Assembly (NCBI GenBank): GCA_017465665.1
Contig: JAFTVU010000069.1
Span: forward strand, 1,235-65,234
Reading direction: 5' to 3'
Source: Oscillospiraceae bacterium
GTDB taxonomy: Bacteria; Bacillota; Clostridia; Oscillospirales; Ruminococcaceae
DNA: 64,000 nt
The position numbers were made by a program, and so were the translations under genes. This document shows, piece by piece, positions 1 through 8,600 of the stretch (the first letter of the stretch is position 1; each line of letters starts with the position of its first letter). The notes below the pieces were generated by a model, which was given only the letters and a program-made list of their open reading frames with translations, was not told where the DNA came from and ran no database searches.

Positions 1-1629
1 CTGATTAAAATTTGCGGTAAGACCTTTCTCCAGATCCAGTCTTAGCAGAGCGTCGATGTTTGATTTCAGCATGATCTCGACTCTGCTCTCGTAAACTATT
101 ATCTTTTCCACGATGATCTCGAGGTCAGTCCGTGACAGCTTATCCTTTTCTATTACATCATTAAAAATATCGATGGCAGTTTTTGCGGTGCGATTGATCC
201 GCACAACTGCATTTTGTTTTGTGACGATCACTTCCAGCTGAGCTTCCATTGATTCGATCTGGTTTGAAAGCTCATCCAGCATTTCGTTGTAGGTTTCCTC
301 ATACAGAGCTTCTTTGTCGGGATTTCTTGCAATCTCCTTGACTTTCTGGCGCAGAAGCAGCTTGATCTCCGCTTTGGTATTATCAATACGCTCACGGAGT
401 ATTTCAATTGTTGATCTGGTCTGATCCTTTTCGGGCTTTTCTTCGCGAAGAGCTTCTTCGAGCTGTTTCATCATGTCATAGGAGTTATCACGTACTATAC
501 GGATATATTCTTTCAGAGCGAAATCCAGCGTCTCGCACTTGATGAAATGCGATGTGCAGCCTGCAAGACCACGCTTGTGATAAGTGCCGCAGGTATAGGC
601 AGGATCACGCTTGGGGTTGCTTATTGAGAACATCGGGCTGCCGCAATCACCGCAGAACAGGAAGCCCGAGTAGATATTGTCGTACTTTTTTACACCGCGG
701 TAATGTCCTTTGGATCTGCCTTGAAGCTGCTGTTGAACCGTCATAAACAGTCTGTACTCTATAATAGGTTCGTGGTTGTTTTCAAATACGAGATGCTCGC
801 TTTCATCCGTCTTCAGATCAGAGCCGTTTATCTTCTTGCGCTTGTATTTTGCCTGGCGTAGTGTGCCGATGTAAAAGTCGTTCTTCAGTATCTCTGAAAC
901 AGAAGCGATGCTCCAGACCGATTTCGCATCGAGATTGCATTCCTCATCCATTTCAAGCTTTCGTGTGCGTTCAAGCATACGCGGGGTAGGGAAGTGCTTC
1001 TCGGTAAGGTAGTTTGCTATCTTTCTGTATCCCATGCCTTCAGAGTACAGCCGGAAGATCATTCGTACTATCTCTGCGGCTTCCTCATCAACTTCAATAT
1101 TCAGCTTCTTATTACCGGTCAGTTTATATCCGAAAGGTACTGCACAAAGCCATTTACCCTCTTTCTGGCGGTTTTCAATAACTGCTTTTACTTTCTTGCT
1201 GGTATCAGTTACAGGCATTTCATTTACAAGAAATCTGAGCTGAATGGATATCCAATCGTCCTGAGTAGGGTAATCAACAGCATCGCCTATTGCGATGATA
1301 CGGACGCTGTTGTCGCGCAGATATTCAAGTTCTACCAGTCCTAAGCTGTTTCGTCTCGAAAATCTGCTGAAATCCTTAACGATAAGTACATTATGCTCAC
1401 CGTTTATCAGCTTTTTACGCATGAGCTGATATCCCTCTCGCTGATCGAATGTGTAGCCTGAACGATCTCTGTCCTCATAAAAGGTGAGAGGTGCATCGGG
1501 AAATTGTGTTTTTACATACTCGGATATGATTGCTTTCTGGTTTTCTATTGATGTGTTATCTCTGTCAACCTCCATATCTACCGAAATTCGGCAGTAGCCC
1601 GCTATACTTATCTGAGGTGTGCTATTCAT
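1..1629 (-). CDS. Large serine recombinase (resolvase + recombinase + Zn-ribbon + coiled coil), 3' end runs off window
   Basis: Manual translation from ATG at 1629 (RBS GGAAAGGAG): MNSTPQISIAGYCRISVD..SIENQK..YEDRDRSG..VKDFSRFSRRN..VPFGY..YSGFLFCGDCGSPM..YTCGTY..CTSH; no stop through position 1 (543 codons), hence absent from ORF track. Confidence 0.95.
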   Translation of the reverse strand, partial: MNSTPQISIAGYCRISVDMEVDRDNTSIENQKAIISEYVKTQFPDAPLTFYEDRDRSGYTFDQREGYQLMRKKLINGEHNVLIVKDFSRFSRRNSLGLVELEYLRDNSVRIIAIGDAVDYPTQDDWISIQLRFLVNEMPVTDTSKKVKAVIENRQKEGKWLCAVPFGYKLTGNKKLNIEVDEEAAEIVRMIFRLYSEGMGYRKIANYLTEKHFPTPRMLERTRKLEMDEECNLDAKSVWSIASVSEILKNDFYIGTLRQAKYKRKKINGSDLKTDESEHLVFENNHEPIIEYRLFMTVQQQLQGRSKGHYRGVKKYDNIYSGFLFCGDCGSPMFSISNPKRDPAYTCGTYHKRGLAGCTSHFIKCETLDFALKEYIRIVRDNSYDMMKQLEEALREEKPEKDQTRSTIEILRERIDNTKAEIKLLLRQKVKEIARNPDKEALYEETYNEMLDELSNQIESMEAQLEVIVTKQNAVVRINRTAKTAIDIFNDVIEKDKLSRTDLEIIVEKIIVYESRVEIMLKSNIDALLRLDLEKGLTANFNQ

Positions 1630-1662
1630 ATAATGACTCTCCTTTCCTTTAACTACTTTCAT

Positions 1663-1691
1663 ATTATAGCAAATTACTTGCTCCTAATCAA
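1663..1691 (-). promoter_or_regulatory. sigmaA-type promoter of recombinase
   Basis: Minus strand TTGATT-17bp-TATAAT with extended -10 TG. Confidence 0.65.
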
Positions 1692-1950
1692 AGGTAATAT
1701 CTTCTTTTCCACACTGCAATATCTCTGTCTGAGTTTCTCTGATCGCATTATTCATCCTGTTTTTGAGAAGAAGTGCCAGCGTAGAATCAAACAGATCACC
1801 TGATCCTGAGTTCATAATGATATAGCGATATTTATTATTACAGTATTCATCGATCTTTTCCTGCATTTCGCAGGGAACTGGAATCGAAGATTCAGCAGTA
1901 GATTTCCAGAGAATTATCACTTTCTTACTGGTATCAATATTCAGTGTCAT
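1684..1950 (-). CDS. Small hypothetical protein (88 aa) directly upstream of recombinase; candidate recombination directionality factor
   Basis: RBS AAAGGAGGT before ATG at 1950 (MTLNIDTSKKVIILW...); the ORF-track start at 2133 extends into AT-rich intergenic DNA. Confidence 0.75.
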   Translation of the reverse strand: MTLNIDTSKKVIILWKSTAESSIPVPCEMQEKIDEYCNNKYRYIIMNSGSGDLFDSTLALLLKNRMNNAIRETQTEILQCGKEDITFD

Positions 1951-1982
1951 GCCGGCACCTCCTTTCAAAGTCATTATATGGT

Positions 1983-2011
1983 TATTATTGTCATTTTGCC
2001 GATAGTGATAC
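1983..2011 (-). promoter_or_regulatory. Possible sigmaG/sigmaF-type promoter of the 88-aa gene
   Basis: Minus strand GTATC-17bp-AATAATA, same geometry as GTATA-17bp-AACAATA upstream of spoVT. Confidence 0.35.
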
Positions 2012-2383
2012 AATATAATTTCGATATCAGAAATAAAATCTGTTAATTGCATTATTACATATTTTTCTTGAAAAAGCATCGCTTTTCCGAAATAAAATTG
2101 CACAAACTTTTGTGTGACATCCGATGAATTCATCTACACTGTCTGTATTTGAGTTGGTTATAATAAATAATGATAAGTGTCACAAAAGGGACATATAAAA
2201 TATCTATATTTTCATACGATTTCCGACTATATCAAACGAAAATCTACCCTGTCCTGCAAAAAACGACTTTTTTCGATTGTATATTTTTCACAATGATTTT
2301 ATGTCCATCACCCCCTCAACCGCCAGATACCTCTCATAAGCACCCAGTATCTCCTCCTCAAATCTGCTCCTTACATCGGCACA

Positions 2384-2653
2384 CATAAGCTATTTTACTG
2401 GAGAGGTAAAGCGACTGCTGAGCTTGAATTTATCGTTGAGTCGGATAACAAACTGTATCCCATTGACGTAAAGAAAGGCAGAGGCACGCTCAATTCCCTT
2501 GAGAAATTCTCACATCACAACAAGTTTGAGCTTGCCATCAAGGTTTCGAAGAGTAATTATGGCTATAATGCCGAGCAAAAACTGCTGACCGTACCGTTCT
2601 ATTTCTTCCCGTTTCTGGCACAGGATCTCGCTGATGGTAAGCAGATAATATAA
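2384..2653 (+). pseudogene. 3' remnant of an AAA ATPase / DUF4143 gene
   Basis: HKLFYWRGKATAELEFIVESDNKLYPIDVKKGRGTLNSLEKF...LLTVPFYF..* resembles the DUF4143 C-terminus (YW..E.DF...P.EVK); no start or RBS. Confidence 0.7.
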
Positions 2654-2671
2654 TGATATAGTAAAAATATA

Positions 2672-2697
2672 GCGGCTCTCCATTGACGGAGAGCCGC
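2672..2697. terminator. Hairpin between convergent genes
   Basis: GCGGCTCTCC-attgac-GGAGAGCCGC. Confidence 0.75.
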
Positions 2698-2731
2698 ACA
2701 TTTATGCAGTAGCATAGTTTTATTCTGGTTA

Positions 2732-5305
2732 CTATTTGGAAAACGCTTCTTTCACTACTCTTAACAGCTGAGTTACAGCAAAGGGCACAACAGCAAGTGC
2801 TGCGATCTGGATGATGTTTGTTGATGTAAGTGCACTGTCAATGTCCATAAAGCCGTGGAGAGGAGTAATAAACAGCGCCATCGAAAGGAATAACACACCT
2901 GCAGCAAAAGCGCCGATGGAATAGTTGTTGGTCGTAACGCCGAGTCTGAACAGAGAATACTTTCCTCTGCTGTCGAAGCCCTCAAAAAGACGCGCAAGGC
3001 AGAGTGTTGCAAAAGCCATTGTGCTTGCAAGTGCACCTGAAACCTGATTGCCTATCATGAAAGCTATCATAACACAGGCAGCTATCATAATGCTGTGAAC
3101 GATGATATAAACGCCAGTTTCCTTGTTGAGGATAGATTCATTCGAGGGACGGGGCTTTTCTTTCATGATACCTTTCTGCCTGGGCTCCATACAAAGAGCA
3201 AGCGCGGGAAGCGAGTCGGTAAGCAGATTTATGAAAAGAAGATGAACAGGAGTAAAGGGGAGAGGAAGATCAAGGAATGTTGTAAGAAGTACAACGATGA
3301 TAGCCGCAGTGTTTCCAGCAAGCAGGAACTTTATCGCGTTCTTTATATTGTTATAGATAGAACGACCGTTAGCAACAGCCTTTACGATAGTAGCAAAGTT
3401 ATCATCCGCTAAGATCATGGAGGCGGCGTCCTTTGATACCTCTGTGCCTGTTATACCCATTGCAACGCCGATATCCGCCTTTTTGAGAGCAGGCGCGTCA
3501 TTTACGCCATCGCCTGTCATTGCAACTACCTTGTTCTTCTTTTGCCACAGATCAACTATCCTGATCTTGTGGACAGGCGAAACTCTCGCATATACGGAGA
3601 TCTGTTCAAGCTGTGCAGACAGTTCCTCATCCGAAATGTTATCAAGCTCTGTACCGTCAAGGCACTTGTCGCCGTCCTTGAAGATGCCTATCTCCTTAGC
3701 TATCGCAACAGCTGTAAGCTTATGGTCGCCTGTGATCATAACAGGCTTGATGCCTGCTGTAATACACTCCGCAACCGCCGCCTTACTTTCCTCTCTGGGC
3801 GGGTCTGTCATTGCGGAAAGGCCGATATAGATGTAGTCATATTCGTCCTCAATCGTGACAGGCTTGTCGCTTGTGAGTATCTTCTTTGCAAACGCAAGCA
3901 CTCTCATGCCGTTTTCAGAGTAAGACAGGTTTGCCTTTCTGATCTCTTCAAGGTCATTTTCAGTGATATCTCGTACACCATTTGTATCAAGAACATACTT
4001 CATTCTTGGCATAAGCACATCCATTGCGCCCTTTGTGTATGCGGTGCGCTCACCGTTTATGTTATGAACGGTAGTCATGAGCTTTCTGTCGCTGTCGAAC
4101 GGGATCTCGTCAATACGGGGGTTATCGTTTCTTATACGGTTATATTCGCTTTCAGTGATATAATCGGAAAGTGCTGTTTCGGTAGGATCGCCCAGCCACA
4201 TATCGCCCGATCTTGCGGCATCGTTGCAAAGCGCCATAGCCACACGGAGATCGTTTGCCGCTTCGCTGCAGGGAGTGGTGATATCACGCACTGTCATCTT
4301 GTTCTGTGTAAGTGTACCTGTCTTATCGGAACAGATGACCGAAACACAACCGAGACCCTCAACAGCCTTAAGGTCCTTGATGATCGCTTTCTGTCTGGAC
4401 ATTTTCTGTGTGCCGATAGCGAGAGAGATCGTGATGATCGAGCTCAGCGCTTCGGGGATCGCCGCAACCGCAAGTGCAATAGCGAACATCAGCGAATCTT
4501 CAAGAGTCTGTCCGTTTACAAACTTTGTAAGAATAAATACAACAACGCATATACCGATTATCACAAAGGACAGCACCTTACTGAAATTATCAAGGCTTGC
4601 CTGTAAGGGAGTCTTTTTCTTCTGGGCGTTCTGCATGAGAGACGCGATCTTACCGATCTCGGTATCCATACCTACCCCTGTTACCGCAACAACGCCGCGT
4701 CCATTAGAGATATTCGAGCCTGAATAGATCATATTCACTCTGTCACCGAGAGGAAGCTCTTCTGCGTCAATTTTATCTGTGCTTTTAAGTACATTCAGGG
4801 ATTCGCCTGTAAGTGCGCTTTCGTTTACCTGTAACGAAGCCGCTTCCAGAATACGTCCGTCTGCCGCGGCAACGTTTCCTGCTTCGATGAGGAGGATATC
4901 GCCTACAACTACATCAGATGCAGGTATTTCGGTCTGGCTTCCGTTACGGATAACTCTTGCATTTGGTGTGCTCATGGCTTTCAGGCTTGCAAGCGACTTC
5001 TGAGCTTTTATGTGCTGGACAGTTCCCAGAATTGCATTCATCGTGATCACCGCAAGGATAACTATCGTGCTTTCGAGATTTCCTGTAAATGCAGAAATAA
5101 CGGATGCGACGATAAGAATAATTACCAGCAGATCAGCAAATTGCTCAAGGAATACCTTGAAGATGCTTTTGGGCTTTTCTTCGGAAATAATGTTTGCGCC
5201 GTATTTCTCTCGGCTTTCTTCCGCCTGTTTGGTGGTAAGACCGATCTCACGCGAGGTTCCCAGTGCGTTCAGCACTTCATCTGTGTTTTGATTGAAATAG
5301 TTCAT
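2732..5305 (-). CDS. Cation (Ca2+-type, P2A) P-type ATPase
   Basis: Intact TGES, PEAL, DKTGTLT, KGA, MITGD and TGDGVND motifs. Confidence 0.95.
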   Translation of the reverse strand: MNYFNQNTDEVLNALGTSREIGLTTKQAEESREKYGANIISEEKPKSIFKVFLEQFADLLVIILIVASVISAFTGNLESTIVILAVITMNAILGTVQHIKAQKSLASLKAMSTPNARVIRNGSQTEIPASDVVVGDILLIEAGNVAAADGRILEAASLQVNESALTGESLNVLKSTDKIDAEELPLGDRVNMIYSGSNISNGRGVVAVTGVGMDTEIGKIASLMQNAQKKKTPLQASLDNFSKVLSFVIIGICVVVFILTKFVNGQTLEDSLMFAIALAVAAIPEALSSIITISLAIGTQKMSRQKAIIKDLKAVEGLGCVSVICSDKTGTLTQNKMTVRDITTPCSEAANDLRVAMALCNDAARSGDMWLGDPTETALSDYITESEYNRIRNDNPRIDEIPFDSDRKLMTTVHNINGERTAYTKGAMDVLMPRMKYVLDTNGVRDITENDLEEIRKANLSYSENGMRVLAFAKKILTSDKPVTIEDEYDYIYIGLSAMTDPPREESKAAVAECITAGIKPVMITGDHKLTAVAIAKEIGIFKDGDKCLDGTELDNISDEELSAQLEQISVYARVSPVHKIRIVDLWQKKNKVVAMTGDGVNDAPALKKADIGVAMGITGTEVSKDAASMILADDNFATIVKAVANGRSIYNNIKNAIKFLLAGNTAAIIVVLLTTFLDLPLPFTPVHLLFINLLTDSLPALALCMEPRQKGIMKEKPRPSNESILNKETGVYIIVHSIMIAACVMIAFMIGNQVSGALASTMAFATLCLARLFEGFDSRGKYSLFRLGVTTNNYSIGAFAAGVLFLSMALFITPLHGFMDIDSALTSTNIIQIAALAVVPFAVTQLLRVVKEAFSK

Positions 5306-5598
5306 AGCTGCTCCTTTTTGTTATCTTTGATCTCTTTATGTTTATTTCTTTCTGAAAAAACAGATCTCATAATAATTAATTATATATTGTAGTTAATTAT
5401 AACACTTATATGACTAAAAAAGAGTAAAAGATAATATCGTATCAGCTAAAAAACAGTAAAGGATAAAGTGGATAGATCATATAGATCGCTCTATGTGATA
5501 TAGGTTTGCGTATTTTTTGTGTTGATCTACGCCCTAGGTCATCGATCCTGCGGACTATTTCAGCTGCTTTCCATATTTGAATTTTTGTTTTGGATAAT

Positions 5599-5635
5599 AA
5601 AACAGGTCAACATCATAAAGATGATGACCTGTTTT
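5599..5635. terminator. Intrinsic terminator after the dockerin protein gene
   Basis: AAAACAGGTCA..TGACCTGTTTT. Confidence 0.7.
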
Positions 5636-5649
5636 GCGTTATTCTATGA

Positions 5650-8600
5650 TCAGATCAGTCCGTTAACGATATCCTTAAGTATCGCAGCAGCATCAAGGGC
5701 ATTTACGGAGCCATCGTCAGTGTAATCACAGACACTCTTGTTTTTTGCAGGAGCTATGCCAACAATGTCCATAAGGATAGCAGCCGCGTCCAGAGCATTG
5801 ATCGTTCCGTTGCCGTCAGCGTCACCGCGAAGACCGTCATTCAGAATGAGAGCGTAAGTGCCGGCCACGTTGAGCGGAAGCGCAGCAGTGCCGTCATCAG
5901 CGACAGTAACAGTGCATACAGCGAATGCTGTGCCGTCTTTTTCACCGTAGATGGTTGATGCCTTTCCAGCGTCAGCTTTATCAAATATGTAGACAAAAGC
6001 TGTGGGAGCGTTAGTGGAGGAAACTCTGAACTTCAGTTCAGGCTTCTTGGGAAGCGGAGATCTGAACTGAGCAGGGTAGAGGATGTCAAGATCCATTTCG
6101 GTACATTCGATAACGTCTGCGCCGTCTATACGCCAGGAGATGAGCGGAGTATCGCGGAAAGTCACGATAGCATCGGATTTCTGCAGCGCTTCAGAGATGA
6201 TCTCCGGTACATCAGTGCAGCCATTGAGGTCGACGGTGAGCCTGCCATCGGCAGCGAGCTTTTCGATCATCGCGGCGATCTGATACCAGTTATAGTTAAC
6301 GCCGTCAATGGATGGTGAGTCGCTGGAGGTAACACCTCCGCCACCGCCGTAACCTCCTGTGCTACCCGAGCCACCAGAACTGCCCGAGCCACCAGAACTG
6401 CCCGAGCCACCAGAACTGCCCGAGCCACCAGAACTGCCCGAGCCGCCTGAGCTGCCCGAACTGCCTGAGTTTCCAGAGCCACCCGAATTGCCAGAGCCGC
6501 CTGAGCTGCCCGAACTGCCTGAGTTTCCAGAGCCACCCGAATTGCCAGAGCCGCCTGAACTGTCCGAGTTGCCACTGCCTGTGGGATTTGTAAAGTTGTC
6601 CTTGTAGTTGTCGCCGCAGTGAGTGCAAGTATGCAGGGTGTAACCCTGATCTGTAGCAGTAGGGGAGATAACTTCGCTGTGATAGTCATGCTTTAGTATA
6701 TCGATTTTTTCTGTGTAGATATCACCGCAATCTGGGCATTCATATACTACTGCACCTTCAGTAAGGCAGCTTGCCTCCTGGATCACGGTTTTTGTGTATC
6801 TGTGTTCGCACAGGGCTTCGGGCAGGAAATCACTTGCGTATTCAAAGCCGCATATCTTGCAGTGTCGGATGGTCTTGCCATCTGTTTTTCTTATACGGTC
6901 AACGAATTCGTGTCCCTTAGCAGCGGTCATATCCTCATATTCGTAACCGCATTTTGTACAGGCGTGACGAGTAACAGTATCCTTTGTGCAGTGACCTTCT
7001 CTTGTAACAGTATCAGTGAAAGTGTGCTCGCACTGGGACAGCGCATCGGGCGTATATTCAAATTGTACGCTCTCTATCCACAGCTTGTCACCGCTCCACA
7101 TACCGAATACCTTATCTCTGCCCTCAAGTTCGTATGTGCCAAGCCATACCTTTCTTGTGGTAGCCTTCAGCGCAGGGTCTTCGGATGTGTCAGTGCCGAT
7201 CTCGGAGAAGTCAACAGTTGCATAAGCGGAAACGCTGTCGTAAGCGTCGTTGTATTCGAACACGATATCAATGCCAAGAACACGGCTCTCATAACCGCCG
7301 AGATCAGCGATATCCTCGAACATCGGGATCGTTGTGTAGTCACCAAAAACGGTCTTTGTCTGCTCGCCGTTATAGGGACGTGTGATGTTTCCAAAGGGGT
7401 CATAATGGGAGAGCTGCCAGCACCTTCCTACATCGAATTCAGCACCGTACTGGAAGTGAGCCTCACAGAATCGCTTGTGGTTTGTGTCAGCGATGAAGCC
7501 TTCCATGTAGTCCTTTGTTATCCTGCAGGAGCCAGTTATAAGACCATAGTTGCCCTGTCCGTAGCCGAGAGCGATACCGTAATAATAGTCGTCGTCCTCG
7601 GAGAAGATGAACATCAGGTTACGCTTGCCTTGCCATGCCGTGCTGTAATGAGTGTCGTAGTAGACACTTGCTGTCATGCCCTGAAGTGCATCGCCCGAGA
7701 TCTTCTCATCATCGAAGACGATGGCAAATGTAGATCTGTTTGCGTTGTCCGCGCTGCTGTAATTTTCGTCACGTGAATGATCGGTGAAGTAAGCGTCATT
7801 ACCGGAGGGACTTACAGCTACTTCGTGGTGATGTGTCTGTGCCATCACGTCAAGCCGCTGTTCGGGTGTGAGATTATCCCTGAACTCGTAGTAGTTGAAC
7901 GGACGTGCCTCTGTCTCATTCGGCATTACTGCCATGTTGTAACGTGAGTTGAGATACAGTGATGTCGTGGAGGTGTCGATATAACTGTCGAACAGTGACT
8001 CAAGTGCAGCCTTTTGCTCGGGAGTTCTGTCCCTGAAATCATACAGCAGATATTCTTTGTCGTTTACCGTACTGGTCCAGATGTTAGGTACATCGAACAC
8101 ATCATCCTGCGGGTCGGGATCGTTTGTGTTCTGCTCAATATTCTTTTCGGGAGCTTCAGGGTAGTTTACTTCAAGTCGCTCGCCGTTGACGTAAGTGATG
8201 AGATGGGGTACGGACCAGCTTGTAACATCGTCCTTTGTTACCGTCAGAGTTTCATCATGAGCAGTAGCGGGATCATCTTTCTGATCGTTGAAGTAAAGGG
8301 TATGCAGCATGAACTCATTGTTCTTACAGTTCTGCAGAAGGATATCATCTGCTACATCATATGGTGTAATGGGGTAATTCACCTTGTAATCGCCGCTGTC
8401 AACTGTATTGAACATATTGCCTGCGATGCGTGCATCTGAGATTGAAGTGACTTCGTTTCCATTTTCGTCTGTGTATCTGATGGTGGGGCTGTCGAACTGG
8501 ATACAGTTGCTTTCGTAGGTCATCGTACCCAGCTGTGCGTTACCGATAAGACGCAGACCGTCACTGATGTGGTAGAATATCATCGGCTTTCCTGTAATAG

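Noticed and set aside
1951-2133. N-terminal extension of the 149-aa ORF
   Set aside because: Strong RBS lies before ATG 1950; the extension covers AT-rich promoter DNA
3542-4606. Long antisense ORFs (also 6802..7776, 8569..9582, 22778..23998, 31816..33384, 35762..37240, 37108..38568)
   Set aside because: Shadow frames opposite well-supported genes; no recognisable motifs
6359-6628. Pro/Glu-rich (PEPPEL)n and WLGQF repeat ORFs
   Set aside because: Alternative-frame readings of the Gly/Ser linker repeat
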